From positions 304,466 through 368,465 of the forward strand of contig JBNGIO010006303.1 in assembly GCA_049999805.1 (NCBI GenBank): a stretch of 64,000 nt of DNA, read 5' to 3'. The notes under the pieces were generated by a model. It ran no database searches. It saw only the letters and a program-made list of their open reading frames with translations, and was not told the DNA's origin. This DNA is from Folioceros fuciformis. Lineage: Eukaryota. Shown here one piece after another: positions 48,508 to 62,111 of this stretch; within the stretch, counting starts at the first letter, position 1; each line of letters starts with the position of its first letter. A program made the position numbers and the translations under genes.

Positions 48508-49446
48508 CTATTGCAAACTAGTGCTATTTCCTCGACCTGGCACTCTTAGAGTTCTTATTGCATCCTCCCTTGCAAAAGTAAATCTAAGACCTATGTCTTC
48601 ACCCCTATCATTATCTTGATTTGAAGATGTCATTTCATTCTCTTGATCAATATTTTGATATAATGCAAAATGATCTTCTTCCATATGTACTATGGTAATA
48701 TTATTATATTGTACAAATTCTCTACATATGGGACAAGTTAAATTGTTACTCAACCATTTATCTATACAGTCCAAATGAAAAGTGTGACTACATATTGGAA
48801 GTTCTCGAATGAATTCATTGGCTTGAAATTCACCCAAACATACTGCACACCTGCATAAGACATCAAATTTTACTAGCTTGTTTGAACAACACTTTCATTC
48901 CCACAATCACATGGAATATTATACACTGTAGATAAAAATGCTTAAGCTAATAAAATTCTCTTACAAAGTATCTTTTTCGGAAGTGAAAAGTCGTTTGTCA
49001 TATAACATTGAAGGTAGCTCATCCCTAAATGACTTCTTCAAACCTCTCTCACATGGCTGTTTGTAACACATTTAAGATTGGTTCAGAGTTTACTTGTAAA
49101 TTCTATGGTTTCTTGAATTTGCGATATTATTTTTAAAGTAATTTAAGCTTTGTAATAATAATATCATTAAAAAAAAATTGTATGCGTGCAAATTAGAAGT
49201 GTAGAATCTAACAGTTGTGGCATAAATTCCTCTGGAGAGGTATTGAGCTCTAGTTTGAGCTACTGTTGATGCTCTTCTACGCTTTCTAATGTACAATGCA
49301 CAAAATAGTAGCAAAAGTACTAATATAAACAATATTGGTGTAGCAAATATGAAAGCTTGATAAACCTTAACATGTGAAGATGTGTTGTTTGTACAACTCC
49401 CAGAGCCAGAGGAATGACAGTCTTCTACTTTAATTGTGCTGGACAT
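48508..49446 (-). CDS. ATL: RING-H2 E3 ubiquitin ligase, ATL family (ATL7/58/59-like)
   Basis: Exons 49446-49213, 49056-48965 and 48850-48508. VYQAFIFATPILF TM segment, GLKK...LP (GLD-like motif), CAVCLGEF...LPICSHTFHLDCIDKWL...TCPICR. Confidence 0.9.
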
Positions 49447-49887
49447 GTTTCTATCATTTGACCCACAACACTTGCTAGATTGAATGGTTTGAGTATAAGA
49501 GTTTATTGCGAAGATCAATACATAGGAGGTCACTTTTCATTACCATCTTTTGGCTAATAGGATTGTCTAAAACTTTGATATTGGATTGAATTCTAAGAAT
49601 TGAGTTATACATTACTAATGATGTACCTAAAGTGTTTATGAGCTATTATAACCTTAAAGAGAGTTTTAAAATATATTTAATATTGTTAACAATGTACTTT
49701 CTTTTTTATTTTCTTTCAACAATGTATTTCTAGGATAGACCTTTATATGAACGAAAACAATTGGTTTTACGACACTAAATTTTTAGATATTACTTAAATA
49801 ATTTTCCGAGTAGTTAAATCTATCCAGGTTTTTCTAAGAAAGTATAATTGCCAGCCTCAACTATGGTCTGCTGGTATAACCAGTGAT

Positions 49888-50775
49888 TCAAGCGGGATTA
49901 CTCTTGTATGGGAGCTCGCAGGCCACCATTTCCGAAACTTTGGATTTGGTAAGTGCAGTCCCGAGAGTTTCTGCCACGCTTTTACACCGACACTGCAGTC
50001 CGGGTCGGATCACATTGCCGTAAACTGCCATCTCAATCACATCCAACTCCTTGTCTGCGCGGTGAAATCACATGATCAGGGCACCAAGTCGGATTTGTCG
50101 CTGTACATGACATTACCTCCAGGGTCAAAAGTGAAGAGCAAACCTGTGAATTTAAGGTCACAGGAGTAGCCCTCAAGGTCAGATGTGCCGATGTCATCCT
50201 TGTTGCTTTTGTAGCGATTAACTCTTGCCTGTAGAATTTGGCAATTCTTCACATCCGTCTCGCCACCTAAACCAGCGAACATACTCGGCCGATGTCCATC
50301 ACAGTTAAGAGATCAAGAAAGTGTGGCAAATCCTTTACCGGTTACAGCTATCAACCAAGCAACATAGCCAACAGCGAAAACCCCGAGTGCACACTGGACA
50401 ATGAACATGAAAGACGGGATAGACCTTTCGAATAGGGTTGGATATGATCNNNNNNNNNNNNNNNNNNNNNNNNNNNNNNNNNNNNNNNNNNNNNNNNNNN
50501 NNNNNNNNNNNNNNNNNNNNNNNNNNNNNNNNNNNNNNNNNNNNNNNNNAGCAAAGGCAACCGTCGCAGCGAGTCAGTCTCCGACACACAATGTTCCCTG
50601 CAAGGTCCTTCCTCCATCGCTCTGGATGCCTATCCGGCACGACATCGGCCTTTTGCCAGCAGGAATTCCTCATTTTGTCATCAAAAATTCTCAACCGTCG
50701 TGGACTGCCAGCCTTCTCCTTGATAGATCCAGCCTCATCCTGGCTTGCGGATAACAGTCCATCCACAGCTGCCAT
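49888..50775 (-). CDS. Plant HNH endonuclease-domain protein (At1g18680-like), spans an N gap
   Basis: CWQKADVVPDRHPERWRKDLAGNIVC...CDGCLC[gap]DHIQPYSKGGET..NCQILQARVNRYKS...DKELDVIEMAVYGNVIRPG.QCRC, with two GT-AG introns. Confidence 0.88.
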
Positions 50776-51942
50776 CCAGCAGAATGGCGCCGGCGCCACC
50801 TCTCAGGGGTCAGCGGCTTCCACCCCCTTTGTCCCCCTTCGCCCGATACCAGTACACCAGATGTTTGCGTCCTCAGATCACGTTTTAGGGATTCCACCAA
50901 GGGTTTAGGGTTTTACACACAGCATTCGCTTGCATCACTGGCCAATAAGTCCATAGAGCAGGAAATAAGGTAACCAACGGCGAATCTCGCGACATGCTGC
51001 ATCGCAGCGCATGAACGACACTACAGCTGTCCTTTGATTCAGGAAGACGGAGGCGATCAGAAAACTTTGAAGACTGTTTATTGTGAAATCATCACGAAGT
51101 CAGAAAGTTCGATCATCATCTTGCCGCCGTATCCAAATCTACATGCAAACCAACCACAGATGGAGCACCAGAGTTCTGTTATCCAAGCACACCACATGGG
51201 CTATGGTGTCACGACTCACGACCAAGGAGAAGAGTGTTTGACGGAAACAAGCGCACCCCGGAACACAAGCTTGCCGCTATGTGCGGTTTTCAGATGCTCT
51301 GTTGACCAGCAATTTAAAACTGCTAGGTTACGCAAGCTTCACCTACGTCCCGCCTTTTCCGCTTTGCCACGTGAATTTTGAATACCAAGTTTACGTCGCG
51401 CTCTGAACAGCTAAGAAATCGGTTTGGAAATCCTCCGGACTTGTAGCGAGGAAAGCAGATCCCTATAAAGAGCATCGGCGAACTCGATGTAGTTCAAGTA
51501 CAAGACTGGCCATAACTGACCATAACTCAACCAATGACACTACAAATCTCCCAACAATCGGGCAGAATCAAATAAGGATTCTCCTAATTAAATATACTAC
51601 TGTATCACACTTTGAACTCGACTTAGAAAATCAATTGTCACGTTACAGACCATGCATAATTTCGTGCCGTCTCGTCACGTTCTTCGTCTTCCAACGCCTC
51701 CTCACTGAACCGAATATCTGCACACGCTGACGGACGGCCATCATTACAATGCATGCATAACAAACTTCATCAGCCAAGAAAGGCAAAGAAAAACTCGAAA
51801 CACGTGGCTTACAAGTTTGAGAAGACACGGACACAGATCAAAGAGCATCTAAGAAGAGACCTCTTTCCCTTACTTAGGAGGCCCAAAAATTGCATAATAT
51901 ATACATGTGATATGCAATTGTAAATTATGTAATTTAGCTGTG

Positions 51943-54900
51943 TCAGCACTCTGCGTCCATCGATTGAGTATTTGAGAAGCTGGGCCCTGCAAATTGACCT
52001 CCCTGTTGAACACCCACATCGGAATCAGGGCCTTTAGCACAGAGCCGGGACGTAGCTTCACCACTCTGCAAGTTCTTGTTACTCCCCTCAGCAGGACCAC
52101 TACCACTGGAACTTCGATGCTCCAGCTTTTCAAATGACACCTTATTCCTAGTGTTGCTCCCATCTGAGACCAGTAACGGTGGGTGCATTGCTTTCCCATC
52201 AGCCGAAGAGCCATAAAATGGTGCTGCCACTGTGTGCTTCACATGGACCTCCCTTGCAACTTCCAAAAGGCTTAGAGACCCTGAGGCTGATGGACACCCA
52301 AGGTCTTGTTCCCTGCCCCTCTCTGCCTTATCATGCATTTCCTCATGTTTTGCATCTGGTTGCATATTGAGGTCTATCTCACTTGGCCTAGATCTCCAAG
52401 AGCCCTCCTCATCAGCTGCAAGATTTGATCTCGAGTATCCAGCGGCAGGTTTTTCTGACCTTAGTTCCAGCCTAACTGATGGCATCTTGGTCGCAAGTTC
52501 ATCCCTTCGAGTGAAACCAACAGGACTGCTTCTGTCTGCACCTTTCCGGCTGATTCCTGAGGAGTTGCCCGCTTGCACAACTGGTAAACTCGTTTCCTGC
52601 AACAATGGCCCCACAGTGTAGCTGCCATTCTCAGTGGATCTGAAGGGCAGTTTTGGTGTGCCCACTTTGTTGTGCTCTCCGTCTCCGCCATCTCTGCCAT
52701 ACTGGAAGGACTTCCTTTTTCGAACGTGAGTCACATCTATGTCACGCTTTTTGCGCCGCAATTCAAGAGTCTTGAACCTCCTTTTCACAGTCACGCACAC
52801 ATTACACATGCAATTGGGCTTGTGTTTAGGTCCCTTCCCACTTGGTGGCTGAATACAGACAATGCAGGTGCAACCAGCTCTGTGCCGAGGGTGCTTGGTC
52901 GTGCGGACTGGTGATGTGGGCGACACAGGCATAGCCCCAACAGCACCTGCTTCTTCCCTCAAGGCAGCAGCATCAGCCAACGCATCCAGTCCTAAGGCAG
53001 TCGTCTCACGAACCACAGCTCCATCCACACCTTGCCTCATATATTCCGCTCCTGAAATTCATGCATGAACTTGGTAAGTATGGGCGAAGTTTTCAGTTTG
53101 GACACAGCGTCGTGCGATTTTCACACGATAGCAATCAAACCTACTGACTTCAAACCAAAATTATTTGTGGCTGACTTGAATTTGCTGTAAGCACTTACAA
53201 TGCCTGCAGAAATATCTGACTGACTTACCTGTTGTCAGCAACAGCTGTTCAATCTCTTCATTGGTCAACTCCTGGGGTTCACTGCACGAGGCTCTGCAAA
53301 TTACATCAAATACAGTTTCCGGTCAAAATTGTAGGGTGGGGAACCCAAGCAGTCTGAACAAAGTGCCTTGCACATGTGCTTTGGATAGGTCTTAACCTCT
53401 CCGGGTCCCAGTGGTTCTCCGAACAGGTCCATCTGGATGATATAACAACATCTGATGGAACTCTGCGCCAGATTGCACAATTTTCACATTGTGCCCATTG
53501 ATCCTCCGCCCTAGATAACAAGCACTCGCATCGAGTTAGAAAGGCTTAGAAAGCATTATTAGGTCTTGCAAATACTGGAGTCCAAATTCTTACATGTGAG
53601 GAAATTCACAGTCATTGCACTGCACTGCTTCCTCTCCTGCCCTGGAGAAAAAAGAATTGATCAACATGCGTCAAAATTCGACAGGTAAGAATTGGAAAGG
53701 CATAAAGCCGTCAATACATAGGGTCACTCGAATCAGGAGGTGGAATGAACACCATTTTGAATGCTGTAGTGTGAAGACTGTTTTCTTTGCCAAAACAGGA
53801 GGCTCCTGCAGGAGTTGTCGCAAGGGCACATAAAAGTCACATCAGCTTTATGTTGTAACGAAAATCCAGAGTGACGGGAACTCCCTCATGCACAGCATTC
53901 ACCTCATACTCTTCAAAGTCATGGCCTTCAATAGATACAATGTTTGGGGCACAAGAGGGAGGTGGCCTGAACAAATCTTGGACTTCTTCCCAGCTACTCT
54001 TCAACTGCACGGAGTCTTCAGTCTCTATGCGAAGCCTCTTAGTCTTTGAGCCCAGAGGTCTGGCACGTTTCCAATCAACCATGAGCAACTGCTGGAACAT
54101 TGTTGATTCTGAAGATCTTTCCTGGCTCCTCACAACTTTTGGTGGCTTATAAACAGCCTCAGGAGCTTTTGCATTTGCATTTGCATTTGCATTTGCATTT
54201 GCATGGGCTCCAGGAGGACCTTCTGAAAGATTCTGAGGAAAAGCAGCTGCTGCATCTCCACCAGCATATCCCAGATTTATGTGATCCTGCAAAAATGAAC
54301 AGCGTATAAGGCTTGCAAGTCAGTCAATAACCCTGAAATGAGATAAGTGAAGACAATTCTATGTCAGGCCACACTTCAACGCCAAGGACTCGACAGTTCC
54401 TAAGCTCTGCCAAACCAAACTCTCCCAGCACCCTCTCAGACAATTCCAGTTCAGAACTAACCTGCAGGAATGCTGCAGAGGTTGGAGATCTTCGATATCC
54501 CATAACTAGCCTCCCACCAGGTTCCATTCTGCTGAAAGTCACTGAATCATAGGCCCCGTGTCAGTTTCGGATACCACAATCCATGCTAATTTTACATATG
54601 CTGTTGTGCAGTCCAGCCACTCCTCCAAAAGTTCATCCTATCTCGCTGTCTTTATTAAGGACTAAGAGGGATTTGCAGATCTCGAGGAGACCTGATAAGG
54701 TGTTTGATGAACTTTGTCTCTGGTACTCTCACAATTCAACCAACTCTAAGCTATCAGACGACCATCTAATAACAATCCTACCTGTATCACCGGCTTGCAA
54801 CTGCAACTTCTGGATGCAGGGTGTAACGCCTTCCAGAACATACATACGGCTATTATTATTAGGCCAAAACCGGAACTGGAAGCTCCAAGCCTTGCCACTG

Positions 54901-56775
54901 ACATCATGAATCGTCATCGGAACCCCCTCTGGCTGGGAGATTTGTGGGAAATAGGCCTGCATTTCAAACGAACAGACGTATGAAGCAACTCATAAGAGTT
55001 TCAGAAAAGTCTCATCAGGCGGACTGTTATGCCAACTTGCCTCAGCACACGCCTTCGGAAGGACTAGCCTTCCAATGCGGCCCGCATCACTTGCACTTAG
55101 TACCTTCTCAAATAGCGGAGTAATTGTTTTTGTGTTGCTACAATCATTAAAGACATTCAACGCCCCACTATATGACAAACACGAAAGCACCCAAGACATA
55201 GCAAACAACTAGCAGACACAGGCATGGAAGATGATACAACAAAATGGCTAACAAGTCCATGACCGTGTAAGTGAAGTAACTTAAAACAGAGACATAGGAA
55301 GGATACTCTCCAGCACCAGAAATTTGCTGAAGCTCCTTATCAGTAATGCGCGGCCAGTAGCGGGGAAGGAGTTGGGCACGTCCCCTTCCTTCAGCAGGCA
55401 GACGTGCTGCTCTGACTTGCCCATCGCCAGGACTCGTTTCAAAACGTGGACCTGCTGGACGAGGAGCTATTTGACGGGGCCTCGATCGGAAGACCCCTGG
55501 AAATCGCAAGTCATCTTGTGCCTCACCATTAGATTGGCCTAGGCTCCCCGAACTCAAGAGATCAAAAGAACCTGTTTGCTGAGCGGCTTCACGGGCAGCA
55601 TCCCTTCCGTGCACATCAACAGCCAATAGTGAGGACTCGGTTATGCCTGCTCCAGGCATGTCATTTACTAGGTTCAGGCTCCTACCAATTGTAATCCCAT
55701 CAAACTCCTTAGACGATCGATTCCTCTCAAATGAGTCACTATGCCTTGAACAGTCTGATGCACCATACCTCAGGTCTTCATGTAGTGACAAATCTGAGGC
55801 CACGGCAACCAGGGCATCTTCTGCATCCACACCTAAATCCGCTCGGAGGACATCTCGTGAGGCACCCCCGACCCGCAGCCCTAGGTTTCTTCTAGACAGA
55901 TTAATTCCAGTACCCGCAGATTCTACCAGATCTCCTTCGCCTGTAAGGTCAATATCATTCTCATTGATCCGTAAATCTCTGCGCATGCTTCCCAAAAATG
56001 CAGCTGTGTGGCTAGAAGGCCACATAGGACCTTTTTCATGATCACCTTCATCCGCCGGAGTCTGCCCATGCGCATACGTGCTCTGCTCTGATACTTGAAA
56101 CGGGCCAAGAAGTTTTAGGTTGTGAAGGGACTGCTGCAGCTTCAAGACAAAACAAGCCTCTGTCAGCAAGTGTCGATCCACAGGGCCTACTCAGCAAAAT
56201 AACTTCACACTAGCAACAAGTTGCAAGAGGCCGTCAGGAACCAGTACCAATGAAGGATTAACGCCTTTACTTTCAATACAGCCCTTGCACTCCACGCCTC
56301 CAGCATCTAGGAACGCATACAACTTGAGAGATGCAACACACCCACAGTGTATTCTCTGAAACCACAATACAAGCAGTCAGACACGACTGCGTATGTCAAG
56401 AAAATAATCTAGTACCCCAACACCACTTCCTCCTCCAACAACTGACAAAACATACACGCACCTTGTCACAAGCGTTGCAAGTACGCCAACCAGCATCGTC
56501 AGAGTGAAACGCTTCACAGAATCTGGATTGCTCATAGGCCAACCTGAGACCAACACAAAAACACACACACACACACACACACGGCATATTTTACTCGACG
56601 TGCACAGCCAGCGTTGAGCTGCAGCAGAGTAGGATACTTACCCGCAGGCACTACAAAGGTCTGCAACCTGCCCGGTGGACAGCGTCCATCCGGGCCTCCA
56701 TCGATTGGAATTGGACGTGCTGCTGCTGCACCTGCGATTCATGCAAACTCGTTCCTTGCCAACTGAAGACTCCAT
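51943..56775 (-). CDS. VAL: VAL/HSI2-type B3-domain transcriptional repressor (PHD-like, B3, CW zinc finger, EAR)
   Basis: N-terminal CMNRRC...LCSACG and [14 protein letters not shown] (PHD-like). [70 protein letters not shown] (CW); [23 protein letters not shown] (EAR). Confidence 0.97.
54170..54204. repeat. (GCATTT)n coding microsatellite encoding an Ala-Asn run in VAL
   Basis: TGCATTTGCATTTGCATT... translates as [14 protein letters not shown] on the minus strand. Confidence 0.85.
56561..56582. repeat. (CA)n microsatellite in a VAL intron
   Basis: About 11 AC units. Confidence 0.9.
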
Positions 56776-58647
56776 ATCGATCCCTTGCCACGCGCTAAGG
56801 ATAAATAGATGGTCAACGCAGCTTGCTCCGCCCAGGCTTCGAAATAACTTAAACTTTGGCCCCTGCCGCGAAAAATAGTACAACTCTCCGAACGCAACGC
56901 AGGTACACACGCTCCTGGCGTCCCGCAGAGCGATAACAGAGCCACCACTAAAACGCCAATCGTCTCCGCTGCTCAGATTCTCGATTTCATCACAGAAGAC
57001 CTAATCCCCGACGCACGCAACTGAGAATCAGCGAAGCCAAAACCACACGACAGCGCAAAAGCACGAGAGCCAGCTTACCTTCACGTCGTCCCTAAACCCT
57101 CTCCTTCCACCAGGCCGGAATCCCGGTCCCTCCTCCCGCACCCGCAAATCGGAAGGCCGGTCCGCAGCAATCAGAGCAATTCCAACCTCTGGGCGATGCA
57201 GCCCGGGAGCGGCGAGCCGTTTCCGTCAGCGACGAAGGAAAATGGCGACGATCTAGCGCAGCTCCGGGGACACAGGCTGGATCTTCCACACGTCGAAGAC
57301 GACAATGCCGCGAGACCGGAAATAAATGACTCCCCCGGCTCATCCGCTCCCGGACTCGCACCCTCCGCGATTGAAGCCACGAGGAAGCCGAGATCCCAGC
57401 AGAACCGCAGCTCGAAGGACGCGCTCGAGTCTGCTGCTGCGGGGAGCTGTGATCCTGGAGGCCGGCCTGGCTGGTGTCGTGGGAGCCTGACGGGAGGTGT
57501 GCCCAGGTCGGACCCCTCCTAGAAGAGGGCAATCAACGCGTGAGACGCTCCCCCGGACGCCCGCGCCCCGCAATTGGAGCCTCCCAGCGTGATGCAGACA
57601 GCTTCAGCATTGCACGAAATGGACGTTGCACTCGGCAGCTCGCAATACCAATGTGCACGGGGCGACATTGGTCCGTGCAGGCCTTTCGCTTCTTTCTCAC
57701 CTTTTCCACTTTTCCTCCTTTTTTTTAATCTCAGCAAATATTGCTCATATATCATGTGCAGAGAGCGGACATGCCTCGTGCGCCAAAAGGGGCAGATAAT
57801 TGAAGTCAGCTCTGGCCGCCTCTTGTCCAAGTAATTTCTTAAAACAGGAAAAAAAAGTACATCGGCATATACACTTCATCGTAACTTCCAGCCCCCGCTT
57901 GCGTGGACGCCAGTGTGTGTATGAATGTCGGATAGATACATAAGTTGTTTATAATAAAAGAACTTGAGTAGTTATTTATTTTTATATACCTTGAATAAAG
58001 GTCAAGTTTTTTTTTCACTAGTCTTACACATGCGGTACATGTAAGCCTCCTAGATACCTCATTTCCTTCCCCAAAAGGTTTAGATCATGTGTGTTGAAAC
58101 TGGGTTAGTGTCATGGGTTTTGTAATGTCCTCACTTGCATTCTTTGTGATTGGATTTGTAAGTTCACTAAGTGTGAAGTTATGTTGTGATAGAGGACATG
58201 CAAAAAACATGTAAGTCTTAACATGTGAGTGTGGGTTCTTTTGAATGATGTACTTCAGCAATCTATTTGATAATGTGTGCTAACAGTGTTTTGCTTACCT
58301 GTTCTTAGGCTTCATCGAACCCTCATCTACCTAGCTTGCTTTTGGCTTTGGTTTATGTGAGTACCAACCAAAGGCTTGAACTCATTGGGATGTTGTGTTG
58401 TTTCATGCCGTAATCATACTACTTAATTCATTCATTTAACATTTGCAGGTGGGCTATTGTGTACATTGCTCAATTGAATCCTCTTGTAGTTCCTCTACCG
58501 AAGGATGTTAGAGATGGATAGGTGTTTAAGTTTCCCAAACTTTGAATCCATACATTAAGCCCAAAAGGGTGTGGTTCAAGTATTGTGAGCTCAAAAGTGT
58601 GATAAAGCAATGTTGGATTGAGGATGGAATGTTGACGTTTTCCTACC

Positions 58648-59986
58648 ATGAATATTTCAATACTATCTCCTGCCTTTTCCATAGTTTCTTTGGAAAGTAA
58701 CGTTACAACCAAGGACTCCAAAACTCCAGCATATGCTACAGTTGTTGATGACTTGTGGAAGAGCAATTCATTAGATACTACCAATGACAAGAAGATAACG
58801 CCTAGAAGGAGGAGGGCATCAAGCCCTGAAAAGAGGCAACATGTTGAGAAAGGGAACACACTGTTCTCAACTCAAGCAAATCGAAGACGTCGACGATCTA
58901 GTAATGGAACAATGCTTGAAGAGCAAGCTAGGAAAGGAGCAACTACCACAAGACCTGATCATTCTCATGATGTGGCAAATTTAGAATACAAGGAAGAGAA
59001 GTTATCACCAACTAGTAAACTTGAGCTCCAAACTTGTACCAAGAAACGAGCTTCCATCTCAAGTCCCAACAGCCCAACACAAAGTTCAAATCCAACAACA
59101 CCCAAAAAGAGAGCTTCCTATGTTGAGATTCCATTAAATAGAGTACGACAAGAGTGTTCTCGAACATTAGGGTTGGCAATAGAGGATCTAGAGTTGTACA
59201 CATTAAAAATGATTCCCATATCGGCAGAAAAGACCATGATGCAAAAGGATACCTCTTTGAATGACAACTTGCATCTAGGCATTAGTGTTAAAGGTTCATG
59301 TAAGAGTTTTTGCTTCTTCTTCTTTTTTTAATAATTCCTAACTTATACTTCAACATCTTATCTTGGCTGGTTTTTTCATATTCACTAACTATGCATAGAT
59401 TTCATAAAAATTTTGTATGTTCTTCATTAGCTATGAGCTTAAGTACCATTGAAGACCTAGTTTTGGGCAAAGACATTGCCGAACATCAGCTCCAAATTTG
59501 TAAGCACTAATTAATTATGAATCGTTCTATTTTAAGTAGTGTTACTTAAAATATTTCTATCCACCATTTCAGATCAAAAGCAAATAAACAATCAGTCTAG
59601 AGAGTTGGAAATGCTGAAAAACAAATTTCAAACTTTGATTGGAGAAGTCACCTCATTAAGGTTAGGGCTACATCATTAGCTTGTGAAGCAAATAGGGTTA
59701 GAGCAAACCTGTTCCACATGATGTCTACAATAAAAAGAAGTTTAAATATATTCAAAACTTGTTTACTAATGTTTCAGGACAAGATTAGAACACTCAAACT
59801 TTCTTCGACAACAAAGTGAGAAATCAACTCGAAATTTGCAAGAGAGTTTCGAACATTTGATTCAGGTTACTACCTCGTTGTAAAAACCCTTCTTTTCATA
59901 TGCTCTGCCTCTGCATTGGAAACTAAACATAACTATGCTTAACTTAGGAAATCTTTTCTAAGACTGGACAAGAGAAGAGTTCTTGA
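58648..59986 (+). CDS. Uncharacterised protein with low-complexity N-terminus and C-terminal coiled coil, 5 coding exons
   Basis: Exons 58648-59293, 59431-59499, 59573-59660, 59778-59865 and 59948-59986 splice in frame through four GT-AG introns: AMSLSTIEDLVLGKDIAEHQLQIYQKQINNQSRELEMLKNKFQTLIGEVTSLRTRLEH...EIFSKTGQEKSS*. Confidence 0.65.
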
Positions 59987-60727
59987 CAAGTTTTGCGTAA
60001 ATCAACAAGTTTTTCTTTTGCATCAAGTTAATTAACTTTGCACAAAATCATCCTCCTTGTACTATAATTGAAGTTTAGCTTCAACACATACCCTCAAATT
60101 TGAATCTATAGCCTACATGTAGTATGATGCTAGGTGACTAGTTCAATCCCATAGTACATCACAAAAGTACCCATCAAAATTACTAATAATGTGATAAATT
60201 ATTATTATTTGGATGATTTGCAACCTGTCCTTTATGTATACCTATCACACTTATAATGTTGAAAGCTTGCTCCATTAACACAAAATAAAATTCGCTCATG
60301 GCTAGCTTGCAATGACACAAATTTCATGTCTTTGAGAAGATTTGGTTCAAGAACTTCCAATGTACTACTATGGTGTGTGATTTGAAATTTTAAGTGTTAC
60401 ACATACCTACAAAGCCTTCTAGTGATTCCAGAAGATTATCACTCTTCCTTTGAATAATGGGTACTCAACTCATTGTTCTAGTGATAATAAAAGTGTTAAA
60501 TTTTTCATCTCCATAATAAGAAATTTAGGCTATTCATTGCTCTATATTATCAGAACAATGATTTTGTAGTAAAGTTCTGTTATCACACATGCAATAACAG
60601 AAATTATGTCAAAAATTATAACTCATTAAAGTCTTTGTACACAAACCCTAAACCCTAAACACAAAGAAACCACATGTTTGTTGTTTGCGGACTTATACAA
60701 GATTCTAAAAACCTAGTTTAAATTATT

Positions 60728-61432
60728 TTAAGTATTATAATTTTTTTTTAAAAGAACTAATTGCTTAATAGAATTGACACACTTGATAGTAGCTGCTAGA
60801 TTTGGAATGCTTTTCATATGCTCTCGAGCACACCCTTCCATACATCTATCTACCTCACTTTTCTTCCCTTCATCTAAAGTCATAAAAGTTTTGGCTTCTA
60901 CTTGCTCTTTACAAGCCATTAGCCCATGTTGTAAATGTTCCTGCACAACTATAGCTCAAGTTTAAATTTGGAGATTAAATTACATCCTTAATCTACAAAT
61001 TGGTTGTCTATATTTCGTAGTTGTTTATCGTACAACACGTTTATTATTATTTTGCCTGGAATTGTGATAATTCACGATCAATAATAATGTTGGCATTTTG
61101 AAGAGGTGTGCTACAATCATCTAGACATCTTTGTAGTTGTTGTTGAGTAGACATGTCATTGCAACAACAATTGTACCCACATTTGTAATATGATTTCTGT
61201 CACATTTTATTTAACTTTAAATATAGTGAATNNNNNNNNNNNNNNNNNNNNNNNNNNNNNNNNNNNNNNNNNNNNNNNNNNNNNNNNNNNNNNNNNNNNN
61301 NNNNNNNNNNNNNNNNNNNNNNNNNNNNNNNGGCACCTGAATTGTAAAACTAATATAGTCTTGTACGCCAACCATTGCCTCATTGATATTACTATTAATA
61401 GAATTCAAAATATTGAGTAATGTCTCCGACAT
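60728..61432 (-). CDS. FAM136A/DUF842-like small Cx3C protein, 3 exons
   Basis: MSETLL...VQDYISFTIQ | KSYYKCGYNC...QRCLDDCSTPLQNA...ELSQFQ | EHLQHGLMACKEQ...RCMEGCAREH. This matches the DUF842 pattern. The second intron is GC-AG and the first contains the N gap. Confidence 0.75.
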
Positions 61433-62111
61433 CCTCTTAGGGTTAGAAGTATGAAGATGTCTTTGATGGTGTTACATATATGAAGTAAAAAAATAAAATA
61501 AATAAATTTTATAAATATTTCCTAAATTGAAGGAGCCTACCCAAACATTGTAGATGTTGTGTTGTGAGAATTAAAAAAAATTTGAGTATAAATTTAAGTC
61601 CTAAATACATGGGACCAATCCGAATTGCACTAAATTGTTATGACTAGAAAAATCCTCTTTAATGTAGATCAATCTATTTTCTTTTTTGTCTATGTACATC
61701 AACTACTTATATAACCAAACCAAAAAAGCTCATACAAAAAATCATGAACTTTTTTTTACATAAACATTAACCTATATAGTTGTGAGTACAAAAAGAATCA
61801 CACAAGTAGTTTTGGAGACTTGAAAATTTTTGGGTAATCTTGATATCTTAATGATGAAGTAAAAAAATTGTATGAACTTAATGATCATAAGATGCTTACC
61901 AATGGATCTCAAGTGTCAATAAACTTCATTCATTTGGACATTTATTAAGGTTGTGTTTATTATTGGTAACTTATTTTTTTATTTAATGTAGAATAGTGAT
62001 TCTTTCACATGCAATGTGCGAAACAAATCTTTGTAATTTGGATAGACCCAAGGCACAATGGGTAATTTTTCCTATTTGGTTTAGACTAAAAATTTGAACA
62101 AAGTGAACAAG

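Noticed and set aside
49888..50775. HNH gene as an RNA-guided (IscB/Cas9-like) nuclease system
   Set aside because: Small intron-containing member of a conserved plant family, with no RuvC motifs, TE ends or adjacent structured RNA/array visible.
58016..58054. Helitron-like 3' end (hairpin plus CTAG)
   Set aside because: Hairpin is imperfect, CTAG is followed by A rather than T, and no matching 5' end was found.
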